Shown piece after piece: positions 19,301-27,333 of a stretch of 56,113 nt of DNA. Position 1 is the first letter of the stretch; every line of letters begins with the position of its first letter. The position numbers and the translations under genes were made by a program. Location: NCBI GenBank assembly GCA_937923465.1, contig CALDUB010000201.1, forward strand, positions 1 through 56,113, given 5' to 3'. Source of the DNA: an uncultured Saprospiraceae bacterium (lineage in GTDB: Bacteria > Bacteroidota > Bacteroidia > Chitinophagales > Saprospiraceae). The notes under the pieces were generated by a model. It had not been told where the DNA came from. It did not search any database and was given only the letters and a program-made list of their open reading frames with translations.

Positions 19301-20402
19301 TAACGTAAACATTGTCTTTACTTCTGATAAATCTCTTTGGTCTCGTTGTGTTGTTGTTGAAACTGCAGGTTACTCATCAAACGTAATTCCAGCTATTGGC
19401 GGTGCGAATAGTTTAGACCCTCGTGAATCTCCAGGTGTAGGTACAGAAGATAGTAACGGTGACGGTTTACCTGATCCAGACGGTAGCGAAATGGGTATGG
19501 GATATTTCCCAGGTTATGCAGTTGATGTAGAAACAGGACAACGTGTGAATATTTTCTTTGGAGAAAATTCATCTTATGATTGTGCTTCTAACCCAAGCTT
19601 CTGTGATTTCTACACTGATGGCAAGCCAACAGGTGGAGACATGATGTTCAATCCAACTTCTCAGTTCTTTTCTCCATTTGGAGATGCACAAAACCCTACA
19701 GCTTTTAATTTAGTATTGGGTGGTCAGCACTTTGTTTATGTAACTAAGCAACCTTATGACGGATGTGCAGCTATTTATGAAGGCTTGAACGGTAACTCTT
19801 TAGCTAGAGTAAATGCATTGAAAGAAGTTACTTGGACAGGAGTTTCATTCTTGAATCCTGATACGGAAATGAAGTCTTATGCAGACGGTTTGATACCAAC
19901 TGATTTGACTATCAAGTTGCGTGTTAATAGTACTTATGAGTACGAACAAGGAACAGAAGCAGAAGAGGGAACTAACCCTGCATATGAGTTTTCTATCGAC
20001 GGAAAACAAGCAGAAGATTTAGATGCTGTAGGCGTTGAAAATCAATTAGACCTCATCAATGTTGTTCCAAATCCTTACTATGGTTTTTCTGACTACAACG
20101 GTAATAATACTGATAACGTAGTTAAGATTACGAATTTGCCAGCTAAGTGTGTCGTTTCAATATATACTTTGGACGGTAAATTTATCCGTAGATATGATCG
20201 TGATGAAACAGGTCAAGCTCCTGTTGGTTCAGGTATTGCGAAGACTCAAGTAATCACAAGTATCGATTGGAATATGAAGAATAATAAAAATATTCCGATT
20301 GCTGGTGGAGTTTATTTGATTCATATAAATGCAGAAGGATTAGGTGAGCGTGTGCTCAAATGGTTCGGTACTAACCGTGCTCTTGACCCGTCTAACTTAT
20401 AA
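16341..20402 (+). CDS. Large secreted protein of unknown function with a T9SS-type C-terminal beta-sandwich domain
   Basis: Signal peptide is MNFRKWYLMSLLALFFAFSANA, with no lipoprotein Cys. I recognise no catalytic motif. The C-terminus reads VVPNPYYGFSD...CVVSIYTLDGKFIRRYD...GGVYLIHINAEGLGERVLKWFG. Confidence 0.8.
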   Translation: MNFRKWYLMSLLALFFAFSANAHISPLNNSPNNSTPNEGNNSNPESVASFRNDCVKPVEQIDQDINNVRARLTTGGDVWWDRSEGKYIVPKPLEAGDKEVSAIFAGGVWLGGIQEGGYKVAAQQYGNGNADSRDFWTGPLNPSEDPVLRGTTADSICADWDRFWVVTGAEIDEHIGNYNTAVSQGTDYDPSDIPLGVKGWPGKGNPYFVQINNFDLPNTTQGLGAFWDADGDEKYNPAMGDFPIIEIEGCTAPQYPDQMFYWIYNDAGNVHTESNGDRIRMEIQVQSFAYETNDALNDMTFQRYKLINRASNKIDSTFFAMWVDADLGCFTDDYIGCDTTRSLAYYYNVDPEDGDVGTQCGAVETYGTTIPALGIDYFRGPKEPLFDDNGNPIVDELGDQIERELGMSSFTYFNNPGEGPPPGAETDPNTVIEYYRYMSGLWRDGSPFTEGGNGYGGTTPVKYVFPDAPDNQAGWSMCTAAAANNPEYDRRTVQASGPFTLLPGAVNELIVGAVWVPDFDYPCPDMSRLFNADDLAQNLFNSCFDILDGPDAPDMDIIELDREVVLVLTNNEDPFVNNNANELYAEVDINAPIGADTLYNFQGYIIYQLIDGFVSTGDYNDPDKARIIGQVDVKDDVSTIYNWSALADTPDFIGDPVFTATKEVEGANTGIRHTFVVSKDQFAGGNNATLVNHKKYFFSVVAYGYNNWQNFDPALGEGQALPFVAGRKNISTYIGIPRPITDRNLNAAYGDGAQITRLDGKGNGGNFLAVTDETLENIKNSASFGIDGGRFDQPIVYQGGLGPIDVKVYNPLEVKNGQFKLDILDENFASDGDLKKWRMTTEANVVVDSEKTIDALNEQIIGEYGFTVSIGQASEPGSQTEDENGAIGAVEEYTNEAADPWYIGIPNTGGDLIGGAQFLSIGLNFAAPNDIATEDPKMSLVNIGSGFFPYKLAEYRTAPYLFGNVSPAWQNNSNNLVRNTTSYGDLNNVNIVFTSDKSLWSRCVVVETAGYSSNVIPAIGGANSLDPRESPGVGTEDSNGDGLPDPDGSEMGMGYFPGYAVDVETGQRVNIFFGENSSYDCASNPSFCDFYTDGKPTGGDMMFNPTSQFFSPFGDAQNPTAFNLVLGGQHFVYVTKQPYDGCAAIYEGLNGNSLARVNALKEVTWTGVSFLNPDTEMKSYADGLIPTDLTIKLRVNSTYEYEQGTEAEEGTNPAYEFSIDGKQAEDLDAVGVENQLDLINVVPNPYYGFSDYNGNNTDNVVKITNLPAKCVVSIYTLDGKFIRRYDRDETGQAPVGSGIAKTQVITSIDWNMKNNKNIPIAGGVYLIHINAEGLGERVLKWFGTNRALDPSNL

Positions 20403-20436
20403 GCTGTTCGTAAGAACGACTTAGAAATAAATTTTT

Positions 20437-20470
20437 AGCAGATACTCTTTTGCAAAAAGGAGTATCTGCT
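20437..20470 (+). terminator. Hairpin after the 1353-aa gene; a weak terminator with no clean T-run
   Basis: The arm agcagatactc (20437..20447) pairs with gagtatctgct (20460..20470), and the stem extends through tttt/aaaa. Confidence 0.55.
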
Positions 20471-20600
20471 TCATAAATAAAAATAACTGACAAGATATAA
20501 GCTAGAAGTATAGCAGTTGTTAGTGGAGACGTTTTAAAAAAAAAGACGAATTTTCTAACATCCAATATCTTAGTGGTTATATTAAAGTAACAGCATAAAC

Positions 20601-21671
20601 ATGACTAAATATATTTACTTCATTTTGTCTTTTGCATTAATTTGTACGCTGACAGAGACTGCTCAAGCAGGTAACCCTGACCGTCAAGGTGAGGCGGGGG
20701 CATTTGAGTTGTTAATGATGCCATGGGCACGTAGTGCCGGTTTACACAGTATGAACACTTCAAGTGTATCTGGTGTAGACGCTCTTAGATTAAACATCGC
20801 TGGAGCTGCGCGTATCAACAAAACTCAAGTAAACTTGGGGCACGCAAAATACTTGCAAGGCTCAGGCATTGACATGAATTCATTTGGCTTATCTCAACGA
20901 GTAGGTGAGAATGGGGCTATTGCATTCAGTGTTATGTCTTTAGATTTTGGTGATATTCCCGTTACAACAACGAATCAACCAGAAGGAACAGGAGCGACTT
21001 TCTCTCCAAGTTTCATTAATATTGGAGTTGGTTACTCTCACGTTTTCGAAAACAAAGTATCTGTTGGTGTTTTGTTTCGTGGTGTGTCTGAAGGCGTTGC
21101 CGATTTAAGAGCAAGTACATTTGCTGTAGATGCAGGTGTTCAGTACGTAACTGGTGAAGATGACAACTTTAAATTAGGTATCTCTTTACGTAACGTAGGT
21201 GGTACTTTACGTTTCCAAGGTGAAGGTATCGTTCGTAGTGTAGAGATTCCAACTGGAGGCGCTACTTACAACTTAGCTATCGAGGAACGTACAGCAGAGT
21301 TTGAATTACAATCTCAGTTAAATATTGGAGCTTCTTACGACTTCCGTTTCACAGATGTACACCGTGTAACAATACTTGGTAACTTTACTTCGAATGCTTT
21401 CTCTCAAGACCAATTTGGTGCTGGTGTAGAGTATTCGTTAAGAGATATTTTTGTCTTACGTGGTGCATACCGCTACGAGGTAGGTTCTTCAAATATCAAT
21501 GAAGCGCCACTTTATTCAGGTTTAGCAGGAGGTTTTTCTCTTCAATTGCCATTGAATAAAGAAGCTAAAGATGAAGGTCTTTTTGGTACTCAAGTTAGTA
21601 TTGACTATGGTTACCGTGCTTCTAAAATCTTAGGTGGTACGCACAACATTGGTTTGCGTTTTGACCTCTAA
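20601..21671 (+). CDS. PorV/PorQ-like (FadL-fold) outer-membrane beta-barrel protein
   Basis: Signal peptide is MTKYIYFILSFALICTLTETAQA. The N-terminal motif GEAGAFELLMMPWARSAGLHSMNT...ALRLNIAGAA resembles the PorV/PorQ family signature. The protein has beta-strand periodicity and ends HNIGLRFDL. The family call is by eye only. Confidence 0.6.
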   Translation: MTKYIYFILSFALICTLTETAQAGNPDRQGEAGAFELLMMPWARSAGLHSMNTSSVSGVDALRLNIAGAARINKTQVNLGHAKYLQGSGIDMNSFGLSQRVGENGAIAFSVMSLDFGDIPVTTTNQPEGTGATFSPSFINIGVGYSHVFENKVSVGVLFRGVSEGVADLRASTFAVDAGVQYVTGEDDNFKLGISLRNVGGTLRFQGEGIVRSVEIPTGGATYNLAIEERTAEFELQSQLNIGASYDFRFTDVHRVTILGNFTSNAFSQDQFGAGVEYSLRDIFVLRGAYRYEVGSSNINEAPLYSGLAGGFSLQLPLNKEAKDEGLFGTQVSIDYGYRASKILGGTHNIGLRFDL

Positions 21672-21706
21672 GAAACTAGAGTAGAGTATTTATTGCTCTC
21701 TAAATG

Positions 21707-21745
21707 TCGCATATTTTCTTTATGAAAATATGCGGCATTTTTTTT
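21707..21745 (+). terminator. Intrinsic terminator after the PorV-like gene
   Basis: The 12-bp stem tcgcatattttc/gaaaatatgcgg has a 5-nt loop and is followed by a T8 run. Confidence 0.8.
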
Positions 21746-21807
21746 GCAAACAAATTTGTGATATACAATATTAGATTTTTTCTTAAAATGTCTGTATATT
21801 TGACCTT

Positions 21808-21862
21808 ACGAAAGGCAGAAACACTCTAATTATCAAGTGTCTCTGCCTTTCGTCTGTTTTGT
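21808..21862 (+). terminator. Orphan terminator-like hairpin in the greA leader
   Basis: The arm acgaaaggcagaaacac (21808..21824) pairs with gtgtctctgcctttcgt (21837..21853), 16 of 17 positions, and is followed by ctgttttgtt. A TAtaTTTG motif lies at 21795..21802 just upstream. Confidence 0.45.
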
Positions 21863-22039
21863 TACACGGTACTAAGACTCAATAAAGTCTTACTTTTCCG
21901 ACCTTCATTAACTTTCAATAGCACATTCAGGTCAATTTTTCTTTCTGCCTCGTAGCGGAACGATAGAACTGATTGCTTATTTTTATTGTTAGTGACTGTG
22001 CAAGAAACATTTGTAAAAAAAAACTAAAAGCCAAAAAAT

Positions 22040-22516
22040 ATGTCACAATATTCTTACATGACTCCTGGGGGTTATGAAAAACTAAAAAGTGAGCTAGAAC
22101 ACCTCAAAACAAAAGGACGCGCAGAGGCTGCTGCAGCTATTGCCGAAGCACGCGATAAAGGAGATTTGTCAGAAAATGCAGAGTATGATGCTGCAAAGAA
22201 TGCTCAAGGTTACTTAGAGGCTAAAATTAATGACTTAGAAAAGCATTTTGCAAATGCACGTGTCTTGGACGCTTCACAGTTAGATAATAGCGAGGTGCGT
22301 GTACTATCAAGTGTTACAATTAAAAACACAAAGGTAAAACGCGAGATGACTTATACTTTAGTAAGTGGAGCAGAAGCGGATTTGAAATTGAAAAAGATTT
22401 CTGTAGACTCTCCAATGGGGAAGGGATTGTTGGGTAAGAAAGTAGGAGAAATTGCAGAAGTTAGTACACCTAATGGTGTGATGCAATTTGAAATCATAAA
22501 AATCGAAATAGGTTAG
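22040..22516 (+). CDS. greA: Transcription elongation factor GreA
   Basis: The sequence MTPGGYEKLKSELEHLK...ARDKGDLSENAEYDAAK matches the canonical GreA N-terminal coiled coil, and the length of 158 aa fits. Confidence 0.95.
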   Translation: MSQYSYMTPGGYEKLKSELEHLKTKGRAEAAAAIAEARDKGDLSENAEYDAAKNAQGYLEAKINDLEKHFANARVLDASQLDNSEVRVLSSVTIKNTKVKREMTYTLVSGAEADLKLKKISVDSPMGKGLLGKKVGEIAEVSTPNGVMQFEIIKIEIG

Positions 22517-22519
22517 ATT

Positions 22520-22912
22520 ATGTCGAGTATCTTCACTAAAATCATCAAGGGTGATATCCCTTGTTACAAAATAGCTGAAACGGAGCACTATTTCGCATTT
22601 TTGGATATCCGTCCACTAGCGAAAGGACATACTTTGTGTATTCCAAAGCAAGAAACAGACTATATTTTTGATTTAGAAGATGATACACTTTCTGGACTGA
22701 GTGTCTTCTCTAAAAGAGTAGCAAAAGCTATAGAAGCTATTGTACCCTGTAAGAGGGTAGGAGTTTTAGTCGTAGGAACAGAAGTTCCTCACGCGCATAT
22801 TCATCTTATTCCTTTTCAGCAAGAAGGACAAATGAGTATCAAATCTAAGCCAATCAAAATGGAAAAGGAAGAAATGCAAGAGTTAGCAGTAGCTATCTCT
22901 GCAAAATTCTGA
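22520..22912 (+). CDS. HIT-family (histidine triad) nucleotide hydrolase
   Basis: The N-terminus is IFTKIIKGDIPCYKIAE and the histidine triad reads VPHAHIHLIP. It starts 3 nt after the greA stop. Confidence 0.9.
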   Translation: MSSIFTKIIKGDIPCYKIAETEHYFAFLDIRPLAKGHTLCIPKQETDYIFDLEDDTLSGLSVFSKRVAKAIEAIVPCKRVGVLVVGTEVPHAHIHLIPFQQEGQMSIKSKPIKMEKEEMQELAVAISAKF

Positions 22913-22949
22913 TTCAAGTCTAACATCTAATATCTAACATCTTTTCAAA

Positions 22950-23339
22950 ATGAAACTATCATTCACACTCTTATTACTTTCTTTTTTGTTTGTAGCTTGT
23001 CAAAATGCAAGTACAACAACAGCAGTACAAGGCGAAAATTCTGCCTACACACAGTTGTCAGCAGCAGATTTTAAAGCAAAACTAGCAACGGTTGAGAATC
23101 CTCAACTTATTGATGTGCGCACACCACGAGAATTTGAAAAGGGAAATATATCTGGTTCAAAAATGATTAATTTTAAAGATAGAACTTTTGCCGTAGAGAT
23201 GGCAAAATTAGATAAGAACCGCCCTTTATTCATCTATTGTCAATCAGGAGGAAGAAGTTTGAATGCTTGCAATCAAGCTGTAACTGACGGATTTACAGAG
23301 GTTTATGAACTAGATGGTGGCTATGGAGATTGGAAGTAA
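22950..23339 (+). CDS. Rhodanese-domain lipoprotein
   Basis: The lipobox is LLLLSFLFVAC, and the active-site loop is FIYCQSGGRS. Confidence 0.85.
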   Translation: MKLSFTLLLLSFLFVACQNASTTTAVQGENSAYTQLSAADFKAKLATVENPQLIDVRTPREFEKGNISGSKMINFKDRTFAVEMAKLDKNRPLFIYCQSGGRSLNACNQAVTDGFTEVYELDGGYGDWK

Positions 23340-23372
23340 AGTGCTGTTTTTTATATTCGTGCAAAAATAAAG

Positions 23373-23410
23373 CCCTCTCGAATTAAGTATTCGAGAGGGT
23401 TTTATTTTTA
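23373..23410 (+). terminator. Intrinsic terminator after the greA-HIT-rhodanese operon
   Basis: The 11-bp stem ccctctcgaat/attcgagaggg has a 5-nt loop and is followed by ttttattttta. Confidence 0.8.
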
Positions 23411-23546
23411 TTATCATACTCATTTCACAAAGATATACTTCAACATATTTTGAAATATTCTGTTAAACAAATTATCTTGAAAGTTAAACAGAGTTGACAG
23501 TTAGTTAATAGCTAATAATCAGTAACTAATAATCAAAACAAAGGAC

Positions 23547-25055
23547 GTGTCAAAAAAAGTAATAGTAATAGGTTCTGGATTCGCTGGTTTAGCATCAGCA
23601 TGTTGCTTAGCTAAAGAGGGCTATGATGTGACGATATTGGAGAAAAATAGCGTGGCAGGCGGTCGTGCGCGAAAGTTTGAAAAAGACGGATACGTTTTTG
23701 ACATGGGACCGAGTTGGTATTGGATGCCCGATGTATTTGACGACTTTTTTGAACTATTCGGAAAAAAGTCTTCTGACTATTACGATTTGGTACGTTTGGA
23801 CCCTTCTTATCAAGTTATCTTCGAGAAAGATGAGTTTATGCAAGTGCCTGCCAAGTGGGAGGAATTGCTGGCTATGTTTGAGCATTACGAACCTGGCAGT
23901 GGAAAGAAGTTAGAGAAATTTTTGGCAGAGGCAGAATATAAGTATAAAGTAGGTATCGAAGAATTTGTCCACAAACCTGGACATTCTATTTTCGAATTCG
24001 CTGATATGCGTGTAGTTTCCAGTCTATTCAAGCTACAGATGTTTTCTTCTGTATCTTCTCAGATTAGAAAACTCTTCACAAATAAACGTCTAGTTGAGCT
24101 TTTAGAGTTCCCTGTTTTGTTTCTCGGTGCAACTCCTCAAAAAACTCCTGCTCTTTATAGTCTAATGAACTATGCGGATATGGTCGGCGGAACTTGGTAT
24201 CCAATGGGAGGTATGCACAAAATTATAGAAGGCATGGTGAGTCTAGCAGAAGAACTAGGCGTGACAATTCTTTTAAATCAAGAGGTTAGGTCAATTAAAA
24301 CGACTAACGGCACCGCTTCTGAAATCATAACAGATACCAAAACTTATCATCCAGATGTCGTCGTCGGTAGCGCGGATTACCATCATGTTGAGCAGCATCT
24401 TCTAGAAGAGAAAGACCGTCAATACACGGAGGCTTATTGGGACAAACGGACAATGGCGCCTTCGTCATTACTGTTCTATCTAGGAGTCAATAAAAGATTG
24501 AAAAATTTGCGTCACCATAATCTGTTCTTTGATACAGACTTTGAGTTGCACGCACACGAGATTTATACAGAACCAAAATGGCCAACAGAACCATTATTTT
24601 ACGTCTGCGCGCCTTCTATTACAGATGATAGTGTCGCACCAGAAGGTTGTGAAAACGTTTTCGTTTTGATACCTCTAGCACCTGATTTAGAAGATACAGA
24701 AGCATTGCGTGAGCAGTATTTTGATATGGTTATGAAACGCTTAGAAAACCTAACAGGGCAAGAAATTCGTAGTTCTATTACTTACAAACGTTCTTTTGCC
24801 CACAAGGATTTTAAAGAAGACTACCATGCTTATAAAGGAAATGCATACGGTTTGGCGAATACTTTGCTACAAACAGCATTTTTAAAGCCAAAGTTAAAGA
24901 ACCCAAAGGTAGATAATCTCTATTATGCAGGACAATTGACAACTCCTGGGCCAGGTATGCCGCCGTCGTTAATCTCAGGACAAGTAGTGGCTAAGGAGAT
25001 TACAAAGAAATTTCCTGCCCAAAATAAACACGACATTCCTGCTGTAACCATTTAA
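23547..25055 (+). CDS. crtI: Phytoene desaturase
   Basis: It uses a GTG start. The Rossmann motif is KKVIVIGSGFAGLASA. The CrtI-type C-terminal motif is LYYAGQLTTPGPGMPPSLISG. Confidence 0.92.
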   Translation: MSKKVIVIGSGFAGLASACCLAKEGYDVTILEKNSVAGGRARKFEKDGYVFDMGPSWYWMPDVFDDFFELFGKKSSDYYDLVRLDPSYQVIFEKDEFMQVPAKWEELLAMFEHYEPGSGKKLEKFLAEAEYKYKVGIEEFVHKPGHSIFEFADMRVVSSLFKLQMFSSVSSQIRKLFTNKRLVELLEFPVLFLGATPQKTPALYSLMNYADMVGGTWYPMGGMHKIIEGMVSLAEELGVTILLNQEVRSIKTTNGTASEIITDTKTYHPDVVVGSADYHHVEQHLLEEKDRQYTEAYWDKRTMAPSSLLFYLGVNKRLKNLRHHNLFFDTDFELHAHEIYTEPKWPTEPLFYVCAPSITDDSVAPEGCENVFVLIPLAPDLEDTEALREQYFDMVMKRLENLTGQEIRSSITYKRSFAHKDFKEDYHAYKGNAYGLANTLLQTAFLKPKLKNPKVDNLYYAGQLTTPGPGMPPSLISGQVVAKEITKKFPAQNKHDIPAVTI

Positions 25056-25063
25056 AAACAATG

Positions 25064-25102
25064 TGCTTCGATAAATTCGTTGATTGCAAATTTATCGAAG
25101 CA
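25064..25102 (+). promoter_or_regulatory. Perfect 14-bp hairpin in the crtI-crtB intercistronic spacer
   Basis: The arm tgcttcgataaatt (25064..25077) pairs with aatttatcgaagca (25089..25102), with an 11-nt loop and no T-run. Confidence 0.45.
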
Positions 25103-25116
25103 TCAAAACTAATACT

Positions 25117-25953
25117 ATGCTTTCCTTATATAATGAAGTTTGTAATGAATGTAGTAAGTTAATTACTAATCGCTATAGTACCTCTTTTTCTATGGGTATT
25201 AAGGTGTTTGACTCTAAGTATCAGATGCCGATTTATGGAATTTATGGTTTCGTGCGTTTTGCAGACGAAATTGTAGATACTTTTCATGGCTTTGATAAGG
25301 GGGATTTGTTGCGTCGGTTTCGCGAAGATACTTTTACTGCCATTGAAGAAAAAATTAGTTTAAATCCTGTTTTACATTCTTTTCAAGAAGTTGTACACAA
25401 ATATGGTATTGAGCGTGAGTTGATTGATGCTTTTTTGGATAGTATGGAAATGGATTTGTATCATGAACGTTACCACGATAGCTTATATAAGAAGTATATT
25501 TACGGCTCGGCAGAGGTTGTTGGTCTGATGTGCTTGCGTGTCTTTACAAATGGAGATACAGAAGAGTATGAGCGCTTAAAAGCGCCAGCGTGTAGCCTCG
25601 GTTCTGCATTCCAAAAGATAAATTTCTTACGCGATATGAAGAGTGATTTTGATGAGCGTGGACGGGTTTATTTTCCAGGAGTAGATTTTGTCAATTTTAC
25701 GAATGAAGACAAAATTACCATTGAAGCCGACATCAAAAAAGATTTTGATGATGCTTATCAAGGGATTATAAAACTACCAACTGGCGCCAGATTGGGCGTG
25801 ATGTTAGCTTATGTTTACTACACTAAGTTATTTGCTAAAATCAAAAAAGCAACAGCTGCTCATGTAAAAGAGGAGCGCATCAGAGTACCAAATGGACGTA
25901 AAATGACCTTGTTATTTAGTACGGCAGTGAGACATCAACTAAACTTATTATAA
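25117..25953 (+). CDS. crtB: Phytoene synthase
   Basis: ORF track 25084..25953 (TTG start); preferred start is ATG 25117. Squalene/phytoene synthase motifs are YGFVRFADEIVD and NFLRDMKSDFDERGRVYFP. Confidence 0.92.
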   Translation: MLSLYNEVCNECSKLITNRYSTSFSMGIKVFDSKYQMPIYGIYGFVRFADEIVDTFHGFDKGDLLRRFREDTFTAIEEKISLNPVLHSFQEVVHKYGIERELIDAFLDSMEMDLYHERYHDSLYKKYIYGSAEVVGLMCLRVFTNGDTEEYERLKAPACSLGSAFQKINFLRDMKSDFDERGRVYFPGVDFVNFTNEDKITIEADIKKDFDDAYQGIIKLPTGARLGVMLAYVYYTKLFAKIKKATAAHVKEERIRVPNGRKMTLLFSTAVRHQLNLL

Positions 25954-25986
25954 TTTTAGCTGATTGATAAGAAACAACAAATAAAC

Positions 25987-27135
25987 ATGGAGAAACATTA
26001 TGATTATATCATCACTGGTGGCGGTTTGGCAGGCATCAGTTTGGTGCACTTCCTTCAGCAATCTTCTTTGCAAGATAAGCGGGTATTAATCATAGATAAA
26101 TCCAAAAAATCTGAAAACGACCGAACTTGGTGTTTTTGGGAGCGCGAAAGGAGCCCTTTCGAGTTTTTAGTCTATCATCGTTGGCAGCATTTAGATTTTC
26201 ATACGCCAAGTTTTTCACAAACACTTAACATTGAGCCTTATACATATAAGATGATTCGTGGTATTGATTTTTACCAATACGGAGAAGAAATGTTAATAAG
26301 TCACGTAAATGTTGATAAGTCTGTGGAAAACGTGCATGAAATTGTGAATACGGACTCTGGAGTGTTAGTAACTACCGAGCGAAATAGCTATACCGCAAGC
26401 TTTTGCTTCAATAGTATTCGCTTTGAAAAGATAAATAAAAAAGAAAATCATTATCTCGATCAGCACTTCAAAGGCTGGACAATTCGGACAAAAAAACCTT
26501 ACTTTAGTCCAGATAAGGCGACACTCATGGATTTTCGAGTGCCACATCAGGGGGAAACACGCTTTGTTTACGTACTTCCAACAAGTGAAAATGAAGCCTT
26601 AATCGAAGCAACACTTTTCTCACCAGACTTACTTCAATCCGAAGAATACGACCGCATTATTACTGATTACATCAAAGAATATTTGCCAGAAATAGGGGAA
26701 TATGAGGTCACGCATGAGGAGTTTGGAGTTATTCCAATGACAGATTTTAAATTTTCTGCGGGGGAAAACAATATCGTTAATATTGGCACCGCTGGTGGTA
26801 ACACTAAAGCTTCTTCAGGTTATACTTTTTGTTATTTGCAAAAGCATCTGCAAAAAATGGTAGCACAGTTAGAAAAGACTGGAAATCCACATGTTAAGAA
26901 GAGTATTAGACAGAGGCGTTCGGCTTGGTTAGACCGCATTTTTTTAAACGTTTTACAAAATCACCGTGTACCACCACCGAAGGTATTTGGTACTTTGTTT
27001 GAAAATAATAAACCGTCTCAGGTTTTGAAATTTATGTCAGAAGAAACCTCCTTTCCTGAGGAGCTTCGAATTATGAGTACGATGCAAATCGTTCCGTTTT
27101 TCCGTGCTATGCTCAGCACAATGCTTCCTATCTAA
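25987..27135 (+). CDS. crtY: Lycopene cyclase family protein (CrtY-type)
   Basis: The N-terminal FAD/NAD motif is YDYIITGGGLAGISL. It is 382 aa long and lies immediately downstream of crtI-crtB. Confidence 0.8.
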   Translation: MEKHYDYIITGGGLAGISLVHFLQQSSLQDKRVLIIDKSKKSENDRTWCFWERERSPFEFLVYHRWQHLDFHTPSFSQTLNIEPYTYKMIRGIDFYQYGEEMLISHVNVDKSVENVHEIVNTDSGVLVTTERNSYTASFCFNSIRFEKINKKENHYLDQHFKGWTIRTKKPYFSPDKATLMDFRVPHQGETRFVYVLPTSENEALIEATLFSPDLLQSEEYDRIITDYIKEYLPEIGEYEVTHEEFGVIPMTDFKFSAGENNIVNIGTAGGNTKASSGYTFCYLQKHLQKMVAQLEKTGNPHVKKSIRQRRSAWLDRIFLNVLQNHRVPPPKVFGTLFENNKPSQVLKFMSEETSFPEELRIMSTMQIVPFFRAMLSTMLPI

Positions 27136-27233
27136 AGTATCACGGTCGTTCCACGTCGTGCCTATACATTCAAAATTCATTTGAGTAGTAATCCACTCTA
27201 CTGAAACACGGCGTAGAACGACCGTGATACTTT
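27134..27233. repeat. Very long hairpin overlapping the cyclase stop codon; probable terminator or repeat element
   Basis: The arm aaagtatcacggtcgttc (27134..27151) pairs with gaacgaccgtgatacttt (27216..27233) as a perfect 18 bp. The stem extends to 27160/27207 with one mismatch and one G-U pair. The 46-nt loop contains the attcaaaattca word. Confidence 0.6.
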
Positions 27234-27333
27234 AAAACGAGAACAATTATCACCTTTTTCGTCTTTTTAGAAAAATCCCCGTAAATTTGCAGGACGACAA
27301 TTTTACAACTCTATCACTTTTCAATTTTTTTCC

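Noticed and set aside
12516-20402. SusC/SusD polysaccharide-utilisation-locus interpretation
   Set aside because: The gene after the barrel is 1353 aa, has no lipobox and carries a T9SS-like tail. That is unlike a SusD lipoprotein of about 500 aa. No glycoside hydrolases are adjacent.
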